Positions 1 through 34,000 of a stretch of 64,000 nucleotides of DNA are shown in pieces. The notes below the pieces were generated by a model. It worked only from the letters and a program-made list of their open reading frames with translations, was not told the DNA's origin and searched no databases. The stretch is from NCBI GenBank assembly GCA_030141605.1, contig JAQGDQ010000011.1:1422066-1486065 (forward strand), written 5' to 3'. The DNA comes from Tubiluchus corallicola. Lineage: Eukaryota; Animalia; Priapulida. The number at the start of each line of letters is the position of its first letter. Positions within the stretch are counted from its first letter, which is position 1. The position numbers and the translations under genes are program-made.

Positions 1-20831
<20,831 letters not shown>

Positions 20832-21035
20832 GCTTTCTGTTTGGTATATTATGGCGCCCTCTAACTTTTACAACGTTAACGAAACGTTTTGATTCCCTAG
20901 CTCCGCCTATAACTATCACGTGTAAATTGTAAACAGACGTGGCAAATTTCAGTGAAAATCAGTAGGCCACGTAGTTTTTATAGATTAAAAAATGAGGATT
21001 TTTGTCACCATTGCGAGATAAAAGTTTACTATGTA
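20832..21035. promoter_or_regulatory. Bidirectional promoter region between SNRNP200 and the YccV-domain gene
   Basis: Only 204 bp between divergent ATGs. Contains a CTCF-like TGGCGCCCTCTA (20852-20863), an E-box CACGTG (20917-20922) and TAACTATCAC (20910-20919). Confidence 0.75.
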
Positions 21036-24000
21036 ATGCCTTTTCAAAATCAAGCTGCATATCTCCAGTTGTGCCTATTGTTATTAGCCTTACCGGCTCA
21101 GTACCTCATTTCTGAGTATGTAAGCAGGCCTGAATCAGAAAGGAGCTCTGCTGTAAGAAAGTAAGTTGGCCCAGGTTCAAAATTTTGGCAGCTTCAGGAA
21201 TGTGTGATAGTAAATTTCTTCACATTTCTCAAAATGAAGGAAGAGTTTGGATTCGGACTAGTATTAGGCCTACCACTGCTTACGTTCGAAAATTTAACAA
21301 CGAACTGAATTGTAACATAGTTGTTTTTTTACAGAATCGTTGTTGGAATGACAAGTTTGCAGCAATACTTTTACCCAAGTAAATGGAGGAGCATGTTATT
21401 GCAACTTCTTAAATCAGCAAAAAGAAAACCTGCAAAAAAAGAAGAGTTACCAGAGAAATTGATAGGCAAAGAGGGCGAGTCTCCTGCAGTTGAAGTCTTG
21501 GAATATCGGAATAAAGACGGAAAAGGCTATTTTGCATGTTAGTGTTCAGAGTTTGACAAGCCGCTAGATGTTCTTCTCTCCCTCTCTCTCTGTCTCTCTT
21601 GCCTTTCTCTCTCTGTATCCCTCTTACTGTCTTCTCTCCCACACAGTCGCTCTGTCTATTGCTCACTCTCCATCTTCTAGCTTTTCTTTATCTCTTTTTC
21701 ATTCACTTTCTTCTTTCTCACTTTTAGCTTAAAAATGTTCATGCTTTTAATGTGCCTAAAAGTGAAACAGTCAGTGATAATTTTGATAATGCAGAACAGT
21801 CAACGATTTGAGTAGCACGTATAATAAACAAAAGTAAATTATTTTAACAGTATCAACAACACCAAGATCACCACGGCCATTCAACGTGAAATTCCGGGTG
21901 GGACAGGTCGTGAAACACAAGACATGGGGCTACCGTGGTGTCATCATCGGATGGGATGAAACAGCAAAGGTACATTGCTATTTGATTTGCTCATTCAGTT
22001 AAAACAGCACTGGATGCTTCTGACCTAGCAACTATAAACTTAATTGATTCTTAGACATGTTTTTAACTTTTCATGCTGTAACAGTTTATTAAGTACTATG
22101 GAACACCCAAAACTCGGATTAGGAAAATGCAGAAGTAAAACAGCTAGTCTGACATTATAGAAGTTGTTCTTTGAGTTTATTTTTTAGAACTAGACAATAC
22201 AAGTTTCTGCGTATAAAATTAAATTTTTATAGTTTATCTTATCAAAATAAATTTGTGTTGACACTTAATTACCAAAGTGTAGTAATCGCACTCAAAACAA
22301 AGATTAGTTTAAGTGCTTTCTCAAATTTGGCACATTTTTTATTTATCAATAACAATATTAAATTATAGGGTAAATTAAATGAATTAGATACTTGTTTGTA
22401 AAGACTAAGCATATTACCTGGAGTAAGATGGGCATTTCACTTTCTCATGCCCTTTCTTGCCCACTTCTGTAACATACTTGTCCCATTTATTTTTGGAGGC
22501 TCCAGAGTGGTGGCTAAACCAGAATCATCCTGCAGACAAGCAACATTGGAGGAACGAGCCAAACTACTCCATTCTGGTCGACACCAGAGACAGAGCCGCT
22601 CCTCAAACCACATATGTACCTGGTGATAATTTAGAAGTCATAAAATACCAAAAGGTAAATATAGGAATGATAAATGCATACTGACACACAATGAACTGTG
22701 ATTCAAACAATTCTTGTTATAGGACAATTATGTGCACTGACAACTCTGGTTGTCCAGCTGTAGTGGAAGTGCGTACATTAACAAGCAACCAACTCTGCTT
22801 GCACTGGTATAGTGGAATTTTCAAATGGCAGTTAAATGCGCTTTTCACTGAATTAACAAACTTTTTCTAATGTGTCCATGTGTCATACCTTACCTAATAT
22901 AGCGAGCGAAAACTTTGAATTGGTGAGTTTAGTTTGAAACGCATCAGTATTCTGCTGTAACAAAATAATGTTGTTTTGTTACTCAACTTCGTTTCACAAC
23001 TGATTTCCATTCTTGCAACAGGAGGTGGATATGTGTGCTTGTATAGCAATATCGTCCATAAGTCGGCAATTAACATTTTCTAGATATTCACATATCTTGA
23101 ATCTCCATTTTATCAGGATCATTTTAATACCAAGCTCATCTCTCTATGTTATTTCTAAGCTGAGATAATCCACGTTGAAGCTGAGGTGCAGGTTATGCAG
23201 TGAAAAATAATCTTATTATAGATTCTTATTATAGTCAGTAAAAAATTCTTATTATAGTCAGCCATTGTTTTTTGTCGCGTCTCTACAAAACACTTAGAAA
23301 CCATACGAAAATGTGGTTACTATGGACTTTACAAGAACTCGTTGAAGTTATCTTGAAATCCAGTAGATGGCTCTTCCTGATGAAGATTTGGGTTTGCCAA
23401 CAGAAAAAACACAAAGCAAAATGACTGTTTCCACAAGCTACTATCAGAGTTTGAAAACACAAGTTTTTTACAATTGCAGCTACAATCGCAATTGAATAGT
23501 TTATAGAAAAGTGGGTACAAGGTAATAGAATTAAATTTTTAAGTATGTTTTGGACATTTTCTTGCTAATTTGATGCTAGAATATGAAAGTCCAATATATT
23601 TAGTGTATGTTTTTATAAAAATCAAAAAATTAACACTAGACGATAATTTTGGTGCATTTTACTTTGAAGCATCATAACGTAGTTTTAACTATGCCAACTT
23701 ATGGGTGGTTTTGGTTTGCAAGCACACATATGTAATTACATACATCTGTGTTCGCACATCTGTCCTGTTTATCTGTGCATGTATATGTCTGTCTGTCTGT
23801 TCAATGAATGAAATTTATGAAGCTATAATCGCTAAACTTTGTATATGGTTCTAGGGTGCGAAAAGTCAAAGATCAAGGTCATGAGATCCAAATACTTAAC
23901 TAGCCGTAAAATCAATAATTATTGATATGTATATGCATCACTATATTATGTACTCAGTTTAAACAATGAAGGCTGACATTAGCTGACAGCATTTGGACGT

Positions 24001-24173
24001 GCATGAAAGTGGAATACTTATTGGAAAAGTTATTTAAATAATTCCTAAATTCTTTTATATCTCATTTTCCATTCTAGATCTTCCATCCTTCTCTTGAAGA
24101 GTATTTTGAAAACTACGACGGATCGCAGTATCTTCCAAGACCGTGGTTAAGAACTATATACCCTCACGATTAG
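21036..24173 (+). CDS. Uncharacterised YccV/HspQ-like (hemimethylated-DNA-binding) domain protein with N-terminal hydrophobic segment, 232 aa
   Basis: Exons 21036-21160, 21335-21537, 21851-21969, 22499-22654, 24078-24173 splice in frame. N-terminus MPFQNQAAYLQLCLLLLALPAQYLIS. YccV signature VKFRVGQVVKHKTWGYRGVIIGWD...PNYSILVD...TYVPGDNL...IFHPSLEEYFENYDGSQYLPRPWLRTIYPHD*. Confidence 0.88.
21568..21725. repeat. CT-rich low-complexity tract
   Basis: Degenerate (CT)n/polypyrimidine run in intron 2 of the YccV-domain gene. Confidence 0.7.
23110..23720. repeat. Dispersed ~600-bp repeat of unknown class, copy 1 (copy 2 at 51035-51680)
   Basis: Shared TATGTTATTTCTAAGCTGAGAT..CCAC.TTGAAG.TGAGGTGCAGG, AAAATGACTG.TTCCACA.GCTACTAT and TGCTAGAA...CAATATATTTAG. 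Confidence 0.8.
23740..23950 (+). mobile_element. Helentron/DINE-like non-autonomous element fragment
   Basis: (TCTG)n microsatellite followed by AAACTTTGTATATG and AAGTCAAAGATCAAGGTCA, a layout typical of DINE/HINE-type repeats. Confidence 0.45.
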
Positions 24174-24327
24174 CACAATTACATCCTATATATTGGAAGA
24201 GAAACTATTTATGTATTTTTATTATGACGTGGTTTTAATGTTATTTTAAAGTGTTTATTTGTAAGTTATTGTAAGTTTACATGTAATTCTAGGTACATTG
24301 TTCTATGCATAAATATACTTTCGCAGA

Positions 24328-24566
24328 TTACAAATGTCACAAGGAAATATACATACTGCCAACTTTTGTACAATCAAATTAAGCCCAGCAATGAGAAAGC
24401 CACGTATATTGCAGTCATGCAATCTTTGTTTAAATTTACTTTTGTAACTTACAAATGTCGCAAGGAAATTGGTACACTGCCAAATTGATACGCTGACAGT
24501 CAGATCGAGCCCAACAATGACTATAAGCTACCTGTATCGTGGTCATGCAATCTTTGTCTAAACTTT
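24328..24566. repeat. Diverged ~120-bp tandem duplication
   Basis: TTACAAATGTC.CAAGGAAAT...ACTGCCAA...GTCATGCAATCTTTGT.TAAA occurs twice. Confidence 0.85.
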
Positions 24567-26117
24567 TCTAGCTGAGAGCTACAGAACTAACCTCTAGCTA
24601 ACAAGGGTCTATTGTCAGTTTAGAATTTGAAACAATTGCTGCTATGACTGGTACGTGTTCATGCTTTGGTGTGCTAATGCTGGCTGCTTGTACAACCTTA
24701 CGAATCGAGAAAGGATATACCAGTTAGTCATTTTTGAACAACATAGTTGTTGGAATTACATATCATTTGGGCGTTGGCACCATTTATATGGGTGTGTCAA
24801 CGATGGGGTGCCTGGATTATCCAAATTTTCTTCGGTTTAGGCCAGTTTTTTCCACCACATATCCAGAAATCTGTTAAATTGGCCGAGTTCTGTTTATGTA
24901 AACTTTCTCTGCCTTTAAAGAAGTCCAGATCATCGATTCGATTATCAGTAAAATCTTTTTTTGGCCTAGTGTGTTATGGCACTGCTCGCCAGTCACTCAG
25001 TGAAAATATACTGGTTTGAAAAATTAGAAAAGTTATTATACGATATGTGATAACAACAAAGTTTGTGACCAAAGCTAGGTAGTACTGGGTTTGTACAGCA
25101 AAGTCAGTCGCGAAAACCTAGTCGGTTTCACCTGCTCACCAGCCGTTTTGCACATTGAGGGAAAATATTTACCTCAATAGAGACTAAAACACCTCTGATA
25201 ACACAGTATATCATTTTAGGGATTATGCTTGCCAATTAATAGGTTCCTATCCTGTCACAATCATTTACGTACAGCATGCCGTGCATCTTGGCTTGTAGAA
25301 AACATGTTTTAAATTTTAAGACAAACCATAACAGCCACGAGACAAATATAAGCAAAAAAAAGTTTGTTAATTTATTCAGATATTAGTATTTTTCCATTAA
25401 TCCACGTAAAGTACTTCCACTGAGGTCTCCTAACATGCATCAGTGAGAGATGCAGGGATGTATCCAAGGCATAGCGACGCCCTAAGTAAATAGTTCCACC
25501 CATGCCTATTTTGGATTTATGGTCGTTTATATATGAAGTGCAATGCACAATTTTTATTGTTAATTATATACTTTTGTATAGTGCTTATAACTGTGCAGCC
25601 TGCACAATATCTTGTGGTGTAGTACTTTCTACGTAGCAGTAAGTGTAAGTGTTTCTTGTGTGGTGGGTATATTACTTCTTTGTTCAGTAGCGGATTGCTA
25701 CTATGGATTCCGTAACTACTTTGTGGTGTGTTATAAATTACGAGCTTTATATGAATATGAAAGGATACGTAGTTTCTGAACAAAATAAATTTTTTAACAT
25801 TGGTCCCCTAAAATCTGGCACCCTCGGCTATGGCCCAGTTAGCCTATTAGTAAATAAGCCCATGGACAAATATTAAAAGAGCTATTATGTGTTGACCCAG
25901 TGTGACAGCTGGAAAGTAATTAAAACTCCTTTCGTTTGTATTGGATGTACGCAAACAACTGTTTTCTGTACATTATTAGAAGGGAAAATATCTAACATAG
26001 CTAATGTCCAAGATTTAAAATCTAAGTCTCTGATTAATTAAAAAAATACAAAAGTTATGCAATGCAGATACGCACAAAATGAAGTGTGCTAATTTGTGTC
26101 CTTGTAAATGAATAATA

Positions 26118-27122
26118 CAGTGTAATCTGCTTACAACGAGTTTCAGGGGACCATCAAAATTTGCTCACCACAGGCCAAGGTCAATTGTTTGAATACATAT
26201 ACAAGATAGAAATGAAGCCTATTCGGCAGATATAATGTAATAATGAAAAGAGCACTTGCTTTTAGAACTGGCACAAGTTCTTTAACAAACAAGCAAGTTT
26301 GTCCAGCAAGTATTTTATCACGAAAGAGTAAACATAGTGTTAAAAACTACGTTATTTCTATGACTAAAGATGTATTGTCCTTGCAATAAATTCCTGTGTA
26401 AAACCACCAGCCAGTGTGTTTAGCGTGGGTGTTATTTGTGACCATTTAAATGTCTGTGCAAGATCCTGGATGTAATTAACCTGCATGGTGGAAAACACGT
26501 TTTTATTTAAATAGCTATGCAGGCACTGTAAAATTTTTGATGATTATGAAAGATTCCTCAACAGACCTATGTCATCTAACAACTAAGTCTATCATCTGCT
26601 ACCCGTGTGTAATGTAAAATCATGGTTTTCATTCAAAGCAGTATTTTTATTTAAAGAATTGAGCTTGGAAAGTTACACAATAATTATTTTGTAAAGCAGG
26701 ACAGTATCTTTTTTGAAAAAATGCCTGGCAAAAGTGGCAAGAGCAAAACTTCTTAAAAAAGGAAATTTCGCGGAAATTAAATGAAAGCAAAGCTGCACAG
26801 CATCACCCATAAAAATAATTCAAACTCAGCAAGTCTGCACATACTGTGCTTGATATGGTACAGAATGACCTTTTTGCTCTTGGCGCAATAGGTGCTATAG
26901 TTATAACACAAACCTGCAAGAACTCGCTCGTTATATGCGGGGGAAGTACAGTCACGGGGCAGTAAAATTCCCTCGTAATAAAAAAAATCTCATCATATCG
27001 GATATCTTATAAACAAGGTTTAAACACATTACATAAGCCTAAGATTTGAAAGTGACTTTCATATTCACTCTTAACAACCAGAGGCTCATTATAACAGGCC
27101 TCGTTATAAAGGGATCATACTG
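26118..27122. mobile_element. pogo/Tigger-like non-autonomous element
   Basis: TA-CAGTGTAATCTGCTTACAACGAG ... CTCGTTATAAAGGGATCATACTG termini; repeated CTCGTTATA subterminal motifs. Confidence 0.55.
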
Positions 27123-27478
27123 TCGTAGAAGCACCATATTTTATATCAGCTCAAAGCTAGTACAACAGACACACAATGTACTATGTAACTTGTTTATTCA
27201 AGAATGTTTAATGTAAACAGCCCTTTGACACAAGCAAAGTTACAATAATGCAGTACAATTCTAGAACTCTAACTTAATAAAATTCAGATTTAATTAGCAG
27301 CCATAACTGGGTATAGAACAAATGTACTATCAATTTGAAGCAAACTGCCTGATTACAATGAAGTTATTATGGTAATTTTTTCACACAAATAAGAAATCAT
27401 TAAATGTATGAAATACATTATATTATTACTTTGCACATAAGATCCATGACAGAACTGCAAACTGCCATTTTGGTTGTT

Positions 27479-27649
27479 CAGTCAAACCTCATAACAGCCA
27501 TGGTTATAATGCCAACCTCGTTTAACGCCCAAATTTTTAGCTAAACAAAATATTTATATTTGCATATACGTGTATGTATTAATGCCAAACTTTCTGCAAC
27601 ACCAACTTTTTTGTAGTTCCAAAGTAGGCAGTGTAATAAGGTTTGACTG
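27479..27649. mobile_element. Small pogo-like MITE
   Basis: TIR CAGTCAAACCT / AGGTTTGACTG-TA. Confidence 0.7.
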
Positions 27650-28092
27650 TAATACAATATATAAATGAACCAACACACAATGTATCAAATTCAAAATCTT
27701 TATCATAATCATATTGGACCCACAATTAATATTAATCCTCATGCACAAAATCAGCAGTATGAAACAAAATGTATGTGCATCAGACACGTTTTTCATGGCT
27801 CCTCTCATCTTCATTTTTCCTTGATTTATCCCATCCCATGTGTTGAAAACATTGACTGTTAGAATGCAGATGAAAAAATTGCATATCGAAGTCAAGATGC
27901 GATTAGAGAATAAGACGTGTGAAGCCTGGTAAACGTGTTTGATTGGCATCTGAGATTTCCGCTTTGATGATTTTCATCTTGCTTACTTACAAACATATTA
28001 ATCAGTACCTTTCTACATTTTTCTTACATATCTATTATGCCTGAGAAAATAAATACGTTTTCATAAATAAATCCAGGAAAAAAGTTGTATAA

Positions 28093-31000
28093 TTAGCACA
28101 CCAGAGTGGTCAGATCACACGTCACGTACTGCTGCAGCCAGTACGTCTTGTAGTCTTCTGTTCCTGGAGATTTCTGCTTGTAGTCGTACTTCAGAATAAA
28201 TGATATCTAAAAAAACGAACAGATTCAGTTTGATAACTTATTATACAAATGAGTTCAAGAGATCTGATCACTATTCTAGAATACCTTCGAAAAGAGGATT
28301 TACTGAGCCAACAAAGACAGTAACTCACACTTTGAATGGGCACTGACCTTCACAGCTACAAAAATCAGCCAACCATAATGTCAAACTCCAAAAATTCAAG
28401 TAACCTCTGTAGCTATGCTATAGGCCAGTACCCATTTTGGATCAATTACATAACACTGTAATTGAAAAGTATGCCTAACTTTTTTCTTAATCACCAAAGA
28501 ACAATTTCCAAAAAATGAAAATATTGTGGTTTTAATTTCATAACGTACAATAGAGGAAATCTTCCCAAGTAGTTTATCAGCAATAGCCATTTACGACGGT
28601 AAACAAGATAACTACGAAAAGGAATTCTTACCACTGGTTTTTTGTTCGACTTCTCGGTAACGACTTTCACGACAACGCCAATCTTGTTTGCTCGACGAAA
28701 CGCGACAATTCTGTAATGAAACAATAAAATCACAAGGTGAAATGGTGGGTGAACTGTTAGCAAAATTTGGGACTTTCTAGGAGAAAGAACAGTTTTAGTT
28801 TGCTATGTTAGTTTCCATTGGAATTAAATAGATTGGGTGTATTTACTTTGATTCGTTGAAAGAGAAAAACCAGCTTTTATATCAATACTTTGTCGCTTAT
28901 AATTTTCTTTGTTGTAATATTACAACTTTGTAATTTTGAGAGAATGCAATAATATTATATACATTGTGCAATAGCAGTAGAGTAACAAGTCAAAATGGAA
29001 CTTCTGCAACAATAACACATTAGCATATGTAATAGGCATTGTTTTACCATTGGTAAAAAAACTTAGCCCCATGGCTTCACCATTTTTAACGATCATAATG
29101 AAACTCTGCAGGATACGACTAGGACATATTCTGGAATCACAAAGTAAGGTCGCAAAACGTTCCACACTTTCTTGTTAATGAAAAAAAAGATAAGTAATAG
29201 GAATGTAACAGGCACGTTTAAAGCAAAAAGCTAATGGCTGTTTTGCCCCAATCACCAAAAGTTACAGCAGTAAAGCTATGAAAAAATGGTGCAATGTGTT
29301 TCAGTGAAAATGTTCAAAAAATATAAACTAACAGACATGCACGAAAATACTAGTAGTTGTAACGTTTAAGTAAATTTTGTTGAGAATTTTTGTAGTGCTT
29401 CAAGTAGGAGATTTACACTCCAACCTAGAAGAAAACAAAGTTAAAGAGAAATCGGTATTTAAAATTGGTATTTATACAGGTCGTTGAAAATTGTTAATTC
29501 TGCTTCAAAAATTATAAGAACCGAACACAGCGACCTACGGCACATTTGTATGAAACGAGAGTCATAAGGAACGCGCAAGTTATCATTTAGTGATGAATTT
29601 TATCCAACTAATAAACTTTCGAAATGCTCCACTCTAGCCATAGATACTGTTCAATTAGCGCTAAAACCACAAATTCTTTCTATCCCGTTACAGTTAGCAC
29701 TATTAACAGTAATGCTCAATAAATTTGATATATCATAGAAGAAGTCAAAATGCCAATTAAGTTTCAAAAAATTCTCGAAATCACTGTAAATGCTTTACTA
29801 GCATTTATCCAGTAACTGATTGTATTTATTAATGTGTTAATTTTTCTTTTGCTGATATGTATTATAAAATAATGACAATAAATTGCATACTTACAGAAAG
29901 ATTGGGTACAGAATTAGGTTCTATATGAACGTTATACTCTATAAATGAATATCTTTTTTTTCATTTTCGTGCCAGAAAAAACATGAAACTCAAAATGGAG
30001 ATCCGGGCAACATCAGTACCTCGAATTATTTCCGATATGACAAGATACTCAGAGTTGGCATAACGTGCAATACGTACACTTATGTCAGTGTTACTTACTG
30101 GGGATCATCTTTGGAGCCTTGTGGAACTTCAGAAGGGTCGTCAAATTCCGCAATGTCATCTTGCGGTGAAAGAACCAACTCGGATTTTGGTAGAATTACC
30201 TACGAAAAATTATAAGTTTTAACACACGTTTTAAAAACCTGTTTAAAAAAAAAAACACGCACTAAATCGACATTCAAAGCAATGGCTTGATAATCAAACT
30301 AGTTGTACACCGAACCTTGCAGTTGCCCATATCATCTTCTTTGTCACTTGGCAACAAGGAAGCATGTACTACAAACTGACTAGGGTTAGAAAGTGTTACT
30401 ACCACTCTGCTCTCCTACAAGTAGAACAAGAACAAAATTATTGATTTTCATTTAATAAGACGGCACAGAAGGCTACTTGTACGTGAACGTCAATTCGTCT
30501 GCTGCTAGAATAAATAAAGCTGAATAAACATAAGCAAAGATCCGTACATTAACAGTCCTACATAGCAGTATTAGTCTATCAAGCTGGGAAGCACACAACC
30601 AATAGGGTGTCCAAAAAAACCTAAATGTGTCAATTGGTATTCATAATTTGCAAAGAAATGAGAAATATGAATTAAGGTCCAAATTCTAGCCTTATTTAGA
30701 TGCTCTGACAGGTTGATTTTTCCCTTGATATGTAGATACTGTAATTTTTACAATGTTATTTTTTTCTCCATTTTACATTGTTCAAACAAAGAAACAATAA
30801 TATTGTTTCTCACCAGATTAAGATGTGATAATGTCAAATTATTTTTAATCCACTTAACTAATTACGTTTAAGATTGATGATATTTCAGCTAGAAACTGCT
30901 GGACAATTGGCAAATTTATCTATTAGATACAACCTTTTCTACTTTCATAAATATATTCAATGCAGTTGTTTGAGCTCTGAGGTGCTAAACATTCCAAACT

Positions 31001-34000
31001 ACAATTTCTTACCAAGTTATACAGAATTTTCAGACTATTGCTATAATTAATATAATGTGCTAACTAATAACTTCACCTTCCATTATTTTGTATAGAGGAA
31101 AAATTTCTTGAACAAACTTGTTGCCAAAAGACAAGATTTCACAGCTCTGCTGTCCAGAAAATGTTTGGTAAACCACTATGGGAATACAAACCTTTCCAGG
31201 ATGTATCTGAAAACCGGGAAGAATTCTTACTTCGGGAACTAGCAACCTGTAAAATTAATTAACATGAGTTAAATGGCTTCAAAAATCTAATTTCATTTTC
31301 ATTAACTTTCATCAGTAGACTTAAATAGTTTTTATAAAGTTGGGCTTGGCTATAGTTCAAAATTACTCACACGCAAGCATCAGTTCGTGAAGTGGATTAG
31401 GATTAGGGTTAGATTACCTAAATTGTGTGGGGAATTGTAAACTCTTTCCGCTGGGCTTTACTGCTCCGCGAGCCATGATTCAGCACATATTTGCAGGATC
31501 TATTTAAATTAGAGCCTTTTGGCAGAACCAAACCCTAACTCACTCTACCTTGAGGCACTTTTTCTTGACCAGAATTGGATGCCATTCATCTAGGGGTGCA
31601 ACGAAGGCACATTTTCAACAATCTAATCGAAGACAATTTTTTTACACTTGGGTGCCACCAAATGACGGCCATGATACAGAACCGAATTCCGAATGAAATA
31701 TCAAAGTAAATTGAAATACTGGAATGAAGCACCAAACCGATTTTTTTTACCGAAATTTTTTTGTATTTCCAATTGAAAAGCCTGTAGTGTTTTTTCGTTT
31801 TAAATAACTGATGATTGGTGAGCTGTGTAATACTGTTCTGTGTTTTTATTTAATGGTTATATAGTAAAGGATCATGTATTTTAAAAGCAGCCCCAATTCT
31901 TTCAAAAGCTTTTCAAACTATTTTATATAATTAATAAAAATAGTATATAAGCAAAACTACAATTAAATTTTAATTGTATAGTATAACTGCGTAATAATAA
32001 TTGTTTAGTAACAGTATAATTGTTTACTACCTCGAGTTCTCATTGATTTATATCGTCATGTATAAGCAAATACAGCACCGCCACACTATCACCGGTAGAT
32101 ACGACTTGTGTACTGACAGTGCATTGCATTCCTTGAGTTATCGCACAGGAACAGAAAGCAAAATGTCGTCTGTTGTGCCGTGTTCACTGTTTACTATCAG
32201 TTTTTTTCGGATAAATTTTTACAAGCAGTATAGAGAACTACTCGGTTTCTTTTTATATAATTTTTACAGGAAGTATGAATTATTAAAAAAGTAACTTCAG
32301 TATACCGAAAGTTCACCGAACCGTTTAGTGATTACGACCGAAGTTTACTGGACCGGATTTTTACGCTGAAAAATAGGGAAAAATGCGACGATCCAAATAT
32401 TCAGTGCATCCCTACATTCATTTCAGTAAGAGAACTAGTACAGAAAACTGTGACAAATGAAACAACTGAGAAGCCTCTCCGGTGATGACCCAGCCATTTA
32501 CCGATTTGATTAAATGTTGTTTAATTAATTACAAAGCTGCATGCCTACGACCGAATCAGTGGAAGCTACCGATTTGTCTTCTCAATGTGTGGTTGACAAA
32601 AGTTGGCTTAGGTCGCAACCAGAAGGTGGGTTATCATGTACACTACAACAATACACCCTCGGTCAATTCAACAAAAAATCTTAACACATCACTGAAAAAA
32701 TAAACGATAAAAAGAAAACAATTTATGCAATTTTTTGATGCCTACATTGCGGTCAGCTGCATTTTAAATTTGATGGAAGTCGTTGTAAAATCCGGCTTGA
32801 TGAGATTGTGTTCACATTCACGGCAACGGCGAGACCGTTTCACCAGCATCTGCTTGCGAAGAGGATACATGTCGGCTGTCTTCTCGGGCTGCCTCTCTGG
32901 CCACATCAGTCTCTGAGACACTGAGCAAACTACAAAAAAAGATAAATGCTAGGGAAAAGATGCAATAAAAGAAATTACTACCAGGAAAAGACAAACGTTT
33001 CTAAAGCAAATCGTGTCATTTTCTATGTTAAGGTAAATTATATGTCTAATAAGTTCCTGGCAGATTTTTGAGCATAATTGGTTGTTATAAATGTTCCCAG
33101 GTAGAAAAACCTACAACATGCATTGTCGCAGCTATTGTAGTTAGCTGGCCATTGAACAAGTACAAATGTTTTGTTTCTGTAATACAGATCCTCGAACACA
33201 ATCCGGCATGCGAATCCAGCTATCTTCATAAATGAAATAAATGAGGTTGCAGTTATTGATAAAAACTATGTATTAATAAATCTCAGATCTATTAGATTAT
33301 ATAATTGCACACAATGAACAGCTTTCTTACTTGGTCAAACCATTTTACATTTCTGCATTTGAAATGAATTACCTGTTGTTAATTATCATTCGATCACGAT
33401 AAATTCCACTTGTACTTCTTTGTATCGCTTTTTTATTGCTCAGTGCACAGCAAGGTGATATCAAGAGCAGGACCTGCTTAATGTAAATGGTCGTGGTTGG
33501 ACCAGAAATTTCCTAATTATCAGGAATAATTATCTATGATAAAATAAGTAAACTACTGTATGTATGTATAAAATTAATGGCTCGAGGAATGTCACAGATG
33601 AAATTCTCTGGTGATAAACTATTCGCATGTTAACCATACACAGTGTTGCTCAACTTTTTTCGATCGATGAGCCAGCACTGTGACACTCAACCATTTCTTC
33701 ACTCCGCTTTACTATAAAGAATAACATGATAGCCTGACCAACTGTCAGCTAATGTATGCAACTAACTTTCACAAAATTGGAAAATGTATTTCTTCTACTA
33801 TGCCAGTGTAAACAACAGCCAAATTTAAGAACCTTCCCAAACTTGCTCCAGCAGAAGGATTGCTCTTTAAATAGCACATTTTTTGTCAATTAAAAAAAAC
33901 AATTAGTTGTTCGATGCTGACCGTTAGCTAAGTTGACCGGTTGTGAGAAATAATCATCTGGGAGAGGTTCGATGTCATCGACTGCTTCACTTTGTTCAGC

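Noticed and set aside
24600-28000. Short track ORFs between the YccV-domain gene and the DCTN4 3' end
   Set aside because: No recognisable domains or phase-consistent exon chain; they overlap MITEs and probable 3' UTR.
31390-31550. TTAGGG/CCCTAA-like repeats as an interstitial telomere
   Set aside because: Only a few degenerate units on opposite strands; consistent with a small repeat remnant.
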